Shown here in pieces: positions 15,799 through 30,415 of a stretch of DNA of 64,000 nucleotides (its first letter is position 1; each line of letters begins with the position of its first letter). The stretch lies in the NCBI RefSeq assembly GCF_009914755.1, contig NC_060926.1, one strand, 5' to 3'. The notes under the pieces were generated by a model, which saw only the letters and a program-made list of their open reading frames with translations, was not told where the DNA came from and made no database searches. A program made the translations under genes and the position numbers. The stretch comes from the human T2T-CHM13v2.0 reference genome, Homo sapiens.

Positions 15799-18200
15799 AC
15801 AATGAGAACACATGGACACAGGGAGGGGAACATCACCCACTGGGGCCTGTTGGGGGTTGGGGAGCAAGGGGAGGGATAGCATTAGGAGAAATACCTAATG
15901 TAGATGACAGGTTGATGGGTGCAGCAAACCACCATGGCACATGTTTACCCATGTAACAAACCTGCATGTTCTGCACACGTATCCCAGAACTTAAAGTATA
16001 ATTTTAAAAAATTAGCAAACACCAGCTTAAATTGCAGTTAAAACTACATAGTTTAATGGCCAGGGGAAAATCAACTGTAAACAAACAAAATCAGTATCTT
16101 TTCATAGGCAGCATTTTGATTTAGCATTTGTTGAAAATAAAATTCAAAGCCTCTCACAGAAAACCTGCCTCCTTCAGAAAAATCACCAGTTTTGGAGCAT
16201 GTGTGATCCCATTCCAGCTAATATTTACAGTAGCATATAAAACAGCTACAAATAAGTCACATCTTCATTGCTACATTATGCCAAATGCTTAATTTCCCAT
16301 TTTATGTTCCCTTGTCAATTCTCTCCTGCTTCTCTCCTGTATAATCACAGTTGTCCAATTGAGACCTGATGATCTTATCAGTCATGCACTTTTACTATTA
16401 TTATTTAAATTTGCTCCTTTCAACTATTATTTATTGCCAAGCTTTGCAGAGGGAAGAAAACAGACATGGTAAAAGAAGAGTAAAGGTGGGTCTTTTCTCT
16501 TTTGGCAGTAGCAACCAGAAACAGTATGAAAGCAATGGATCATGAAGAAAAGCAATTTCCTACTTGAGGGATTAGATAGTACCCTCTTTTGTACTGTTAA
16601 ATCAAAGTTTTAGTTATTTTTTCCAAGTAATACTGATTTTTTCAATTTACATAAACAGTCTCTAGGGAAACTGCAAGAGACCCCCAAACACATACCCTCT
16701 CAGCCAATCAACAGAAAAGATAAGGAAAATGAAAAAAAGAAAAGAAAAACCAAACTTCCTTTATGTTGTACTGCTTTGAGCAAGGCTTTACACAGCATGG
16801 CAAAAATTAAACTGCTACACAAGCAAAAGATAATTAGCTTAACAGGGAAGAATTTGAACTGATACATGAAGCTTTTTTTTTCTTTTTTTCAGTAAAAGTA
16901 TAGGTGATTTTTATTTTGAAGCAGTTCACTTTTGCTAGCATTAGAAAATTGAAAACTATGTAAATTTCAGCAAATGTTTGCTTTAATGTTTAGGTTCACA
17001 TTGATATTAACCACAGCTATCAGTTGGTAATAAATTCAGATTTGAGAAAATTTGTAGCAGAAAACTACTCTGAAATGTCATGTGAAAATCCTAATCAATT
17101 TTAAATGCATTTACATTCATGGAGGAATAAAACCTACTCTTAAATAATAAAGGAAAATAATAGTACATGTATAAAATGTGAGGAAGGAAAATCATGAGTC
17201 TATTTTCACAGTTCATTTGTAAAGGTTTATCACTTATATGACGTATGTTTAAGAAAGTTACAAATTTTCTATAGTGAATTACTTTTATGCCATATAATTA
17301 ACAACAAAAAGTCTTCATAGCTAAATAATAGGTTTTTGATAAAACCTTATAATTTATTTCAGCTTATTCCTGAGTTGCCCAGTTTTTAATGTCTTAAAAT
17401 CCATCACACTGTTGACAGATACTTGAGGTAACATTAGGTGATTAGCTGACAAAGTTCTAGCTACTATTTTAATTGCCTTTTTCCCGCTTTGTCAAAATTC
17501 TGATGCTATTAAGTCATTGTTGAACTCATCCTATATAGACAGTAAGAACAAACAAATAAGTAAATTAACATAGCAGACATTTCTTGCTTTACATATAACT
17601 GGAGTAATGTTTTCTAAATCTGGTGGAACAATCTATTGAATACACTACAAATTCTTTGCAAAAATGAAATAGAATAAGGAACTATGCAGGGAAGCCAAAT
17701 TAGACGACTGCAGGTCTGTAGCCAAGTGGAATATAATTTGTCCATTACAATAAAATAACCTTAGAAGTAGGTTGAAGTCATTTAGTATGGCTGAAATTTG
17801 GAGGGATGAATGTTACTTTCACCCAACATAAATTCCTTAATCCAATACTAGATAATAAGAATAGGTTAGTTGGGTAAATAAAGTTTGAATCCACTGGGTT
17901 TTCTCGGCTGGACACTTTTTTTTTTTTTTTTTTACATCCAGAGTTGGATTTGCTGACAGGTTAGAGAATGCAACGTATGTTGAGATTTCCCAGATTAAAA
18001 AATATATAAAAATGAAATAATTTGTAATAAGACTCAGATCCAGGACTAAATAATTCAATAGTCTCCTATGAATTACTAGGTAGTATCTATATAGAAACAC
18101 CAAGATTCATCTTAAAAATCAGTGACTGTTCAGTCGTAATATTTTTGGAGTAGCCCTGTCCTTGGCTCACTAGATGGGGCTATCAACTTAGACAGGCTGT

Positions 18201-18740
18201 TGTGACAGAGTAATTCTAGTTTAGTATTCAATATCCATTCTGCCTTCTTCCTGGCAAGTAGAACCATTTGAAAGGATGAGGGGGAAGTGCACAGAGTAGC
18301 AATATGTCCCACTAAAAATACTTGCTTTCCAAAACATCCTTAGAGTGAGAGTGCCCTTGTGACCCAGTTAATCTTGAAAAAATGTAAATTGAATTTACAT
18401 AATTAGGACAATATTTTCTTAAAGGTAGGTTTTGGTAGACTGTCTCCCCCACCCCACTATTTTTTGCCATAAAACCTTATTCCTGTTGCTCTCAATGCAG
18501 AGTGAATGCCCACGACAATACCAATTCTGAGATCATGAGGTCAAAAATCACACACTAAGGATGGAGAAGAAAGAAGACAGAAGGAGCTTAAATGTTTGAG
18601 GTCTCCCTGCAGGAGTTATACCAGCCCTGTGTCACCTACCTTTGGACTTCTTATTCAATTTGAAAACTAAATTATCAGTTTAATCCTATATAAGTCAGGT
18701 CTTCAGGTTTTGGAAGCTAAATACACGCCTAATGGATATA
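18201..18740 (+). mobile_element. MLT1-type ERVL-MaLR solo LTR, old
   Basis: 'atatccattctgccttcttcctgg..tagaacc', 'cccttgtgacccagtt' and the 3' end 'gctaaatacacgcctaatggatata' resemble MLT1H/J-class LTRs. Confidence 0.55.
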
Positions 18741-20169
18741 ACTATTTTCTTGAAAGGATGATTACTTAGATGGGTGAGTACGCCAGCCGAGGCCTCCAGG
18801 CGTCTGGGAGAGACATTTATCCTTAAGGAAAGTAGGGAACATATTATTTGCTTTGGGTTTCTCCAGATGCATTTTAGGAAAGTTAAGGTACTTTCTTTAA
18901 TACAGGAGCCCATTAGAAATAATAACTCAAGGAGAATAAGGCTATCCTCGTCTCTTGAACAGAAGAAAATGTCGTTGAGTAAATAATACTATGGAACTAA
19001 AGAAATGCACCTATAGTCCCCTTCTTAAACATGCCATAAAAAAGGAAAAGATATCCATTTCCTGTAGAAGAGAATTAGAGCTTAATGAAGACACACTTTC
19101 AACCAGGAGGTATCTGATGTGGGCTTATTAGTAAGAAACACATCTTCCCAGGTAATACAACTACATGTGAGTAAGTGCAGCCTGCCATACATTCTTTCAT
19201 CCACTTAATTATCAATATATCAAATTATTTATTTATCTAGCAAATATTTATTGAGCACTTACTCTGCAACAGGATCTGTACCAAGCCCTGGACTCATTCA
19301 GAAATAAATGATTGGGGGGTTTGGTTCTAAATTGAGGAAACAAGTCTTTGGGCTTACTGCCTCCTCATCCTGAGCTGGGCAGATCCCCATCCTCTCTTGA
19401 AGTCCATGAAAGCATATCTACCTTCTGACATGCAGAAATGGCCCTGCAAATGGAATCTAACTGGAGCTGAATGAGTATTCTTGCCTCAGTTAATGTATTT
19501 TCATACTTAGCCAGTTCCAAAGCAACAATGTGCACAACTTAGACATGCTTATTGGCCAGGTGCTTACCACCTATTTGGCAAATGCTGTTTATGAAGTTTT
19601 TAAGAAACAAATATTGATCCAAAATTTCCCTTGCGTTTAATATTCTGTCATTCTGCAAGGCCAGTATTAAGTTTGATGTACACATACAATTACCTGTCTA
19701 TCTAAACAGTTTCAACTGCCCTAATTCTTGGGCACCACACCGTGATTAAATGTATACAAGCAACAAGTTCTTGATTTGGGCAGCTAGAAAACCACTGTGG
19801 CATAAGATCAATAGTTACACCACTTAGCAAAGACTGTCTTTGTCATTGCTTCCTAGAGTCCTCAAAGGTCCTGATAAATACTTAAATCTAGCTTGTTCTT
19901 TCTTTTGTGCACATGTTGTTCATGCAAATGAAATCAAAATTTACCTAGGAAGATTCCAGAGGACCCATACAGGACAGAAGATTGTTTAAATTATGGTAGA
20001 GCTCATGAAACACATTTTCAACTGGTGGGATATCCTCCTTATGAGACTCCCAAATTCTTTAGAGCAAGAAACATTAACAAGCATAAATGAAAAAAAAATC
20101 CTGTATGAAGAATTGAGAAAATAGCATAAGCACAGTATGAGGAAGACCTAATTCTATAGTTGTTATTAC

Positions 20170-20540
20170 AAAAAACCTGGGGATTTTTACTAAACAAAAA
20201 TGTAACAGGCAAATTTGATGGACCTTTTAGCAGAAATGTTTGTATGAATTGAATTCTAGTATCCAGATCATGAGAGTAATAATCATTTTTCTGAACTTTG
20301 CATAAGACACACACATGAGGTATGTTGGACATGCCATGTGCTCATTTTAAAAGATACTTTGAAAAACAGGTGAGTGACCAGATGGTTATAAGAGCCATAT
20401 TCAGTCTAAAGTAACAGAGAGTAAAGGAGATAGAATAGACATGCTCAAATCTTTAAGGATTTTCATATAGAAGAGAAGTAGCCTAATTTTTTATTGGCCT
20501 TGAAACTATAGGAAAGGCCAACAGGTAGAAATAGGTTAAT
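20170..20540 (+). mobile_element. L3/CR1 LINE fragment
   Basis: 'tagtatccagatcatgagagtaataatc...ttcagtctaaag..gagagtaaaggaga..caaatctttaagg' resembles the CR1 3' region. Confidence 0.45.
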
Positions 20541-23354
20541 AAGGAAGCACATATTGATGATACTCAACATACATGAAGTGGAGTTTCCAGAAAGCAAACG
20601 AGTGGGGGTTTGGAACTAACCTACATTCCCACAGGGAGTTTTTGGTTTTTCCCCTGCCTAAGATCTTGCCTCTGAACATTTCTTTAGATAAAGAAATTAT
20701 AGCATTTGTAATAAATAACAAGATGGCTTTAGGTTTAATTGTCAGCCAAGAAAACAGAGTAAATTCACATGTAAGAGTGGAAGGGAAGGAGCAAAACATC
20801 GACATTGTGATACATTTGGGTGTACCCTGACTAGGCAAATAACTCATCGCCAAGTACCTTCCCAGGGAGTCAGGTAACCACTAATAAGAAAATAGACTTA
20901 TGGCTATAATCCTATATATTTTCATTCATATGTCTAGCTCAGAGAAAGAGGTGAGTGGTGAGAAAAATCACAGCAACTGCAGACAAGGGTCTATAAAAGG
21001 ACATTTAAAATAAACCAAAAAACCTGAATGAATACATTTACTTAATGTGTATTATATATAGCCTATATATTTTTTATTAAACACTTCCACACTTAACACT
21101 GTATCTACCAAACTATCAGTTTCAGATTAAGCTTATTAAGTGTACTCTGTTTGATCATAAGTATAAAGAGTTTTCTCAGCAATAATTCTTATTCTTCCAT
21201 GCCAAATCACATGGATTGATCTTACAGGAAGTTAACAAATCCTATATTTCCAAATAAATAGGCCCAAATAATTTATAATGTGATGGTGTTACTTGTCTTC
21301 TATATTCTGGTAGAATCGATGGACAGCTACCTTATGTGCTTTCAATCTGGAAAAGTAGCCAGTTTGTGATGTTCTTTTTGATTTCTGACTATAATTTCCC
21401 TCCATAATATTCCCTGTTGTCTCAAACACCTACATATCTGAAGCTAACGGGCATCTTTATAGTAAGTGATGCTGAAATAACTTCTGACCTACAGCTCCAG
21501 GAAGAGTGGCTAATCGAAGTAATGATCAGTGTCTCTTCTACCCATTTCTGTGAACTCTGATGCTTTCTGAATGTACGGAGACTGGTCAAGATGTTAATCT
21601 CCCAGTGTAGGGCTGGAGGACAGTGGTAGAGAACCACTACATCACCATTGGGAGGAGACTGCAGTGTGAACTAAGCAAATTAGAGAATGTAGAAGAAAGG
21701 CCAAAAGGAAAATATAAAATGAATAATGGCCATGGCTAATAGCAAAGGTAAATGTATCTCTTCATAAAAGAAATTTACTCTATTTATTGAAAGCTGACCT
21801 CAATTTCTACCTCTTTTCATTGAGACTCCATTATCTACTCCTATACTCTCTTCAGTTGTTTTCTCTGCAATTTTGTTGGCATGATTTTAGTTCCCATGTA
21901 TTGTTATTCTATCTCTGCATGTACATTGTCCCTCCAACTATATTGCAAATACATTAGGGCAGGGTACATGTTTGATGTTGTTTTGAGTCTCCATTTTGTC
22001 AGCAGGTGTTTTTCTTCTTCCCAAAATGCAGCCTGCCAGCCACTTACAACATTTTCCCATAAAGCCATGGTTTAATATTGTACATCACCCTGGACTTAGT
22101 GAATTTGTAGGATGTGCTTAGGAATCTGCATTCTTAACAAGAAACTAAGCAACACCGATGCTCACAAATGTTTGCTAGCCTAAGGCCTACCACAGAACAG
22201 GTGCTCGTAAATGTCTGGTGCTGCTGTTAGAATGATGCTTTCTGGCATGTCTGTATGTATCTATAAAAAAAACAAAGAGATGTTGATTTGCTCAAGGTGT
22301 CCTCTCTCTGCCACTAGCTAGTAAATACCTTGAGGGTTCATGTCCTTTGCAGACAGTTCTCTGTATCTCCTTCTAAATTTTTTTCTATAGCACTAAGTAC
22401 TTCCTAGAATGTACCATAAATAATTGTTTATGTTAAGGAGTAGAAAGGGAAAGGTGGTGGAAGAGGAACAGAAAAAGAAGATGAATTTATGGTTGGGAGG
22501 CATACAAGGGAGGTGTTATTCAGAAAACTCCTTTGCTTTAACGAACACGAATTCAAAAGTGCTAATGAAGTCTCTTCCTAATCCTTTCTACTTAATTCCT
22601 TTGCTCTGCTCTTGCTAAGACTGAAAATTACCCTCCTATGATATTTTTGAGATTACTAAAGACAGTCTTGTGTGAACTGAAGACAGGTCACAAATGACTG
22701 GCATACAACAAATATGTCCTTAGTATCTGAGATACTAAGGAACTGCCGGTACCTATTTTTCCTCCTCAAATTCAATCAAAGGAAATCATTTCCATGTCAA
22801 CATGCACATGCACGATTGTATATATATATGTAAGTATAATTACTTCAAGTGGATAAACTTAGCAATGATCTTTGTCGATTGAGGGCAGTGTTAATGAGCT
22901 GTAAAATGGACTCACCCTGGTGCCCAATTGTCTTTTATTACAAAGGGCATTCCTTAACTTCCACTGAGGTCTAACTCCCACACAAACCTTCTGTGCTTTC
23001 ATTTGATTATTACCAATAGCCAAAAGTCAAAGGTGGAAATTGAGACTTAAGAACATGTTGCTTACACCCAAAGCAACAGGGAAATGAGGCTTTATTGCCT
23101 CTCTTCTTTAGGCTTCAATACTATCAATGTTGAGAAAACCCTTGCTCTCCATTTCCATTTGATTATCCTGAGAATATGCCTTGTACTCAAGAATTTCTAA
23201 CAAAAAATCAAATATTTTATTTTTAGGAACAGAAAGACCTATATACATTAAAGATTGTCTAATCACTACACCTTAATTATGGGGATTATGTGGTCAGTTG
23301 AGTTAAGTGATTTATTCAGAGTTGCAAGGTTAATTAAATTATAGACCAGATTTT

Positions 23355-23520
23355 TATCCTGGGATCTACGAATAAGCTTCAAGGGAAGGATGAACCTTCA
23401 AAATTTTATGCAAATTGTGTGTGCACAGCTGTGCATTTTTTTCATCTGTGCATTTTTATGGAAAGTGGATCCACATTTTTATCAGACCCTCAAAATGTCC
23501 CTCAACATAGCTGGGACACT
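23355..23520. mobile_element. MER103C-like hAT element
   Basis: 'cctgggatctacgaataagcttcaaggg...aaattttatgcaaattgtgtgtgc...tcagaccctcaaaatgtccc'. Confidence 0.5.
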
Positions 23521-25045
23521 TACTGTTGCAAGTGTAATTTATAAGATATTTTTATATTTATAAAATATAGTAAAATATTAAAGGTCATGTAATCCAAGCT
23601 TACAGCCAATAAATGGATTCCTTAAATAATAACTCTGATGGATAGCATGCAAACTCTACCTTGTATCTTAAGATAATTGATAACCAACCACCTCTCATGT
23701 TATCATGGTTCAAAGCTTGAATTAAAAAGGTATTCATATAGCTGAATCATATTATTTCTTTCCTATACCTTCTCACATTGGTCTAAGTACTACCCTTTGC
23801 AGCCATGAGAAACAAAATCACTGTTGCTTACTCCAATGTCTTTCATACATTTGAAGTAAATTCCTGTTACATTTCTTCTTCGGTCATAAGAGCCAAGATC
23901 CCTCAGTATTCTAGTCACCACTCTAGACTCAAACTTAGAGCTGGAAGAAACACATTTCAGTTTGTCAGTATTCTCTAAAATCCATATAACAAAAAACTTA
24001 AAAACAATGTTCTACTTGTGATCTGACTTGTTGATGACTATCTCCTTCTGGTGGATGTGTTCTCTCTTTTTGCTGGGGAAATCATGGTATTTTACGGTCT
24101 AACTGGGAAGATCAGAGCCTAATGATTTTTATATAGGTTTTCCACCTGAAATGCAACAAAGTAAATAATATGCAGCTGGCCATTCAGACCCAACTCTAGA
24201 TAATCACATTTCAAACTTTAATAGTCATGAGGTTCACCTAAATAAACACTGGCAATTTCCAAAAGAGAAACATTAAGCACTTTTATTTAGATGAATAATC
24301 CAGTACTTTGCCCAGAGGTTGAGTCAGAAACAAAGAACAAAAAACCTCAGATTTATAAAATGAGTACAGCAAAGATGACTTAGAGTATAAAGTTTTTCTA
24401 TTTCAAATGTCAGAAAAATGCTCACCAGATTTACTTGATTACAAAGTTCCAAAAAACCTTTTATTTTGCAATACTCACTCATATCGCAAACTTTAGTGAT
24501 GTAGCAACAATTATGCAAATAATTTAAACAAAGTAAATGGACTACATGAAAAATTCAATCCTCATTTCTATATTGATTATTTATACCAGCACTCCCCAAA
24601 GACTGTTAGAAGCAACATTGATCCTACCAAATGCTCAGAAAAGATAAAAGGCCAACAACTGAATACACTTCAAAAACACACCTTACCATACCTGCTTCTT
24701 GGGACTCCCACTGCAAATGACATATTTTAGTCTCCAAGAACCCCTCTTTTTAATGACATCCATTAGCACTCCACAACACCATTGTTCCTTATAAAACACA
24801 TTGAGCATTGCTATACCATGTTGATCTAATTAACCAATTTTCTGCAAATCTCTACTTTACTCTGTGTTTTAACATCTCAACAAGTATGAGTGTAGACTCT
24901 TGGGTAATATGATCTCATTCTCCTCTATGAGAGCCTCCTCTGCCTGGTTCCCTGTGAGCCAAACCACATCCCAAGGAGGAGTTAATATAATTACTTAGAT
25001 TAGGGCATTGACTGTTTTACCTAAAGACCAGGATGTCCATATCAG

Positions 25046-25056
25046 ATTTATTTTAT

Positions 25057-25105
<49 letters not shown>
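25046..25105. repeat. (TTA)n microsatellite
   Basis: Read directly. Confidence 0.95.
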
Positions 25106-25355
25106 TTGCCTCAGATTGAGGTAGAAGACTCTGAGACTGTGAGATCAGGATAAAAATTGTTGTTGATATTCCTCTTCCACTCCCGGCAGCTGGATCTCTA
25201 ATTGAACTCTTCTGCTCCCTAGCTCCCATACTCTCACTTGCAGGAAGATATAAGAACAAGAGTGATAAAAATTCAAATTTGCAAAGAAATCTCTCTTAAA
25301 TTTCAAGGTCATATTGGGTGATTTAATTCAATTTTTATAGAGAGCCCTGAATTTG

Positions 25356-25441
25356 GAAAGAAAGAAAGAGAGAGAGAAAGAAAGAGAGAGAGAGAAAGAA
25401 AAGAAAGAAAGAAAGAAAGAAAGAAAGAAAAGAAAGAAGGA

Positions 25442-25500
<59 letters not shown>
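25356..25500. repeat. Compound (GAAA)n/(GA)n polypurine microsatellite
   Basis: About 145 nt of purines only. Confidence 0.95.
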
Positions 25501-25501
<1 letters not shown>

Positions 25502-25791
25502 CAGACTAGTCACATATTCTGTATTGTTTTCTGAGAATCCTGGGGAGTAGGGGTTACTGAGGATGGTATTAAAATCATTTGCAGGTCTTGGCTTTAATAT
25601 CATCAAATTAGCCCCAAAGTTATTTGTGATTATTATTTGCTTTTGAGTTCTTGTATTTTAAACGTTATCATTAAAATATTTGCAGGTAGATAAGGAAAAG
25701 CTCCAGATTTGCTTCAAAATGATGCAGTTGGAAGGTAGAGATTGAAAGGGTTAGGGTTACACATAAAATGGTAGTTAGAATTGCACGATGG

Positions 25792-26080
25792 AGGCTGGGT
25801 GTGGGCTCACACTTGTAATCTCAGCATTTTGGGAGGCCGAGGTGGGGAGGATCACTTCATCTCAGGAATTCAAGACTAGCCTGGGCAATATAGCAAGACC
25901 TCGTCTCTATTTCAAAAAGAAGAAAAAAAAATAGCCGGCTGTAGTGGGGGCACACCTGTAGTCCCAGCTACTCCGGAGGCTGAGGCAGGATGATTGCTTG
26001 AGTCCAGAAGTTCAAGGCTGTAGTGAGCATGCTATTGTGCTCCAGCATGGAGGACAGAGTGAGACTCTGTCTCAAGAAAA

Positions 26081-26127
<47 letters not shown>

Positions 26128-26128
26128 A
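25792..26128 (+). mobile_element. AluJ SINE with (TAAA)n tail
   Basis: Full dimer; J-type 'ggatgattgcttgagtccagaagttcaaggctgtagtgagc'. Confidence 0.9.
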
Positions 26129-27059
26129 ATTGGGTGATGATTTCATTTGGCTTCCTTTTACTTGCCTGTTCTCTTACTTGTGTGTGACTGATAAAATCTG
26201 AGATTATAATTAAATAATAAAGCACCAAAATCTCACACAGAACTATCAACCATCATAAATAAACTCATAGACATAAGTGGAAGAGTTGGAAAGTTTTTGC
26301 CAAGTGGTCAAGATGTTCACTGCTGTAACTAAGAGCTTCCACTGAAGCTACTATTATCAACCACAGCACTCATAAACACATAGCACTCCTGGGCACATTT
26401 TCTATTTATTTAAGTGACTTACCTTATTTGATCAAAAAGAAAATATTAAAATCACCATAAAACTATGTAATTAGTGATTGCATGGTGATCTTTATGTGAT
26501 GAAATTTTTAACAGTTAATATCTAATATAGAATTAAGAATCCTACACAATATTTTAAAGTTATATTTTCAAATCCATATTTTGTGGATTTCAAATAATTC
26601 CAGTTTGAATGCTTGCAACTGCAACAGGTTTCTGTAAAAGCTTTTGAGTTTCACAGCCTTCCTTTTGACAGATTTCTTAAGTTATGGAATGCAGCCATCA
26701 GCAGTCTGTAGAAAAATGAAATGCTGCAAGTCTATTTTTATGCAGCTGGGATCAAGTTACTAAATGGATCAAAAGAAATAATTTCTTTGAAGAGGTGGCT
26801 GTTGACACCAGTGCCCTAAAAATAAGTGCAATTTTGTGGGCATAAAAATTTGTTTATATCTTAGTGAAAGTAACTATAGATATATTTTCTATATATACAC
26901 TTGCATTCATGATATATTGGATGCCATTCTAAACATCTTTTAATATACCTTAGTTTAACATTGCTTTTAAGAGGAAAGTTGCATGCTTTCTCTTGAATAA
27001 TTGATGTAGCTAAAGTCAATTATTCATACCAGGCTTAGCTTACTGGGTTTATAATAAAA

Positions 27060-27645
<586 letters not shown>

Positions 27646-28151
27646 TTTAGGTTGGATGGCATATCAACTGATTTGAAACTATAGAAAAAAATTAGGAAAC
27701 AGAATAATCTTTTAAAATATCTTTGTATGTGAAAGTAAGCTTGCTTATAGAAAATGTAGTAAATTGAAAGACTATTACTATTGCAATAGCAATAGTCAAA
27801 CTGAAGCCTATAGAACTCAAATGCATGTAAGTGTCAAAATAGCCAAGTAATAATGCGATATGATATAATTTTTTATCATAATAAAAAGTCAGAAAACAAA
27901 ATTCATAAAGAGGGCTCTATGATACAAGAGGAAAGGTTGATCTAAGGGTACAAACTAAAACATTTTAAATAAAGTTTTTGGAAAAAACAATTTTAGGCTC
28001 CGAAATAAGAAATAAATACAACCCCTTCATAGATAATAATAAAGAAATAAGCCAATAAGCCCTTAAAATAGAACGATATAGTCTTAGCTCTGGAGGACAA
28101 AATATTCTCTACTTGGACCCTGACTCATTTAGAACTCCTGCACATAAATAC

Positions 28152-28190
<39 letters not shown>
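28152..28190. repeat. (TA)n(CA)n microsatellite
   Basis: Read directly. Confidence 0.95.
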
Positions 28191-29055
28191 TATTGACTAT
28201 ATTGCTGAAGGGGAGAGTAAATGAAATGGTGAAAGGATCATCATTTTTATTATTTCATTAATTCCTGAAGAAAACACACACACAAATTGCAATTGAAGCT
28301 TCTAAAAAACCTAGAAAACAGTATAAAGGACTTAGACACAGTACAAGTATTTCCTACCATGTAAGTCTGAAAGAGAGAAAATCAATTTTTATGAAAACAT
28401 AAAACAGTGATTTGGGTTGTGAACAAAATTATTTGTCTCCATTTGTGTTCTATTGGCTTACTGCTCTGCCAAATTTTGAAGCAAAATGAAAAAAAAAAAA
28501 AAGAGAGGGAAATTATAGCAAACCTCCCAAAACATATCCCTTAAACTCCGCAATGTATTTAAACTACCCAGGTTCTGTTCATGGATATACTCAAACATTG
28601 AGAAATTGTGGGTGTACTGGGTTTTGATGCTGTACTTTTTGTAACAACTTGATATTGGAGTCAAAACATGTTTTTCTATCTTGTGTTGCTCAGAAAGGTA
28701 TGAGCAAATATATTTTTCCCACAAATTTCAATTAATTAAGAATGATTAAAATGTGGATACTTGCAAGGGAAACATTAATAAAAACATGAAGTGTAGACAT
28801 AGAGATAATTTTCTCTGTGGCGGATGACTGATCATGTCATTAGGCAGAGCTTTGTTCCCTTAGGCTCTGTAGAGTCAGAGCTAGGATAAAGAATCACAGT
28901 TTTAGAGTTGAAGAAACTCTTAACAATAACTTAACAACCATTCCAATCCCCTTGATTTATAGATAAGGCAGGTTAGTCTTAGAAAGAGGAACCGGTTCTT
29001 TGTGTGAGACTCAACAAGTCACATCACCGCTCTGCGCTTCTGTTCCCAAATTCTT

Positions 29056-29658
29056 TTTCTTTCTTTCTTTTTCTTTTCTTTTCTTTTTTTTTTAAATGAG
29101 TAAGGGATTTCCTTTATTATTAGTGAGATTGAACATCTTTTCACGTCATTATTGACCATTTTTATTTTTCTCTACAAACTGATTATCCAAATCTTTCTCC
29201 CATTTTTTTCTTTTAAAAAATTAATTTAAGATCCAAGATACATGTGAAGGATGTGCAGGTTTGTTATGAAGGCAAACATGTGCGATGGTGGTTTGCTGCA
29301 CCTATCAACCCATCACCTAGGTATTAAGCCTCCCACACATTAGCTATTTATCGTGATGCTCTCCCTCCTTCCAATCCCCCTAACAGGCCCCAGTGTGTGT
29401 TATTCTCCTCCCTGTGGCCATGTGTTCTCATTGTTTAGCTCCCACTTATAAGTGAGAACATGCAGTGTTTGGTTTTCTGTTCCTGTGTTACTGTGCTGAG
29501 GATAATGGCTTCCAGCTCCATCCATGTCTCTGCAAAGGGCATGATCTCATCATTCCTTTTTATGGCTGCATAGTATTCCATGATGTATATGTGCCACATG
29601 TTCTTTATTTAATCTATCATTGATGGGCATTTTGATTGATTCCATGTCTTTTTTATTA
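29056..29658 (-). mobile_element. 5'-truncated L1PA (about PA8-PA10) 3' end plus transduced flank, inserted into a MIR
   Basis: L1 3' end at ~29213-29658, extra segment 29094-29203, second poly(T) at 29052-29093; TSD TGTTCCCAAATTCTT (29041-29055) / TGTTCTCACATTCTT (29659-29673), 13/15. Confidence 0.85.
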
Positions 29659-30415
29659 TGTTCTCACATTCTTAAAATTAAAGTTGGGACTAGTTGATCT
29701 CCAAAGTGCCCACATACTAAACGCTGAATGGTTTCAAAAGAAAAGTGAGTTAATGGCAGACAATAACCTCAGATCTCAGTTCCTACCTTGTTCTCACCAG
29801 TCCAGTTTGTTTTCTGCCATTTGCTCATATATTTCACTGTCACTACGTACTTATGAAATTTGTAAGTCAATAAATGGTGAAGAAAAGAAAAACAAGAAAA
29901 GTCATCCACATTTTAGAAGGGCAAAATTGTGAGTAAGGAGCTGAGTGGTTGAATCCGAATATTTTCATTAATTCCAAACAAAGGCAATGGAAAGTGAGAA
30001 GGAGGGGAATTGCAGTTCTATAAGCTATAGTTGCTCCATAGGAGAAAGGGAAGACCCAGCAGTAATCAGGACTTTTTAAAAGAACTGTCCAAGTTCAATG
30101 ACAATATCATCTAGCTCTCTGACTCTAGGCATCTGCCAAGAATCATGGAATCTTCATCTCAGTAAACTAAAACCAGGCTAGACAAAGCAGGCACAAAGAA
30201 GAAGAGAATCACATTCAATAGGTTAGTCAGTATATGGTAAGCTAGATCAGCCATGGAAATATGCATTAGTCAATAAGTTTGATACCTAAATCAATGGAGA
30301 CATGGTCTAATAACTGACCTTTCATTTTTTGGGGTGATTTTCATAGGCATACATGTTTACATAGCAACTCCATGAGAATTTACAATAAGTAGATGCTGAT
30401 ATTCATTGACTATTC

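Noticed and set aside
18164-18182. CTCF-like TCACTAGATGGGGCTA
   Set aside because: Mismatches at two high-information core positions
25328-25606. Lys/Glu/Arg-rich and Phe/Leu/Ser-rich ORFs
   Set aside because: Translations of the (GAAA)n repeat
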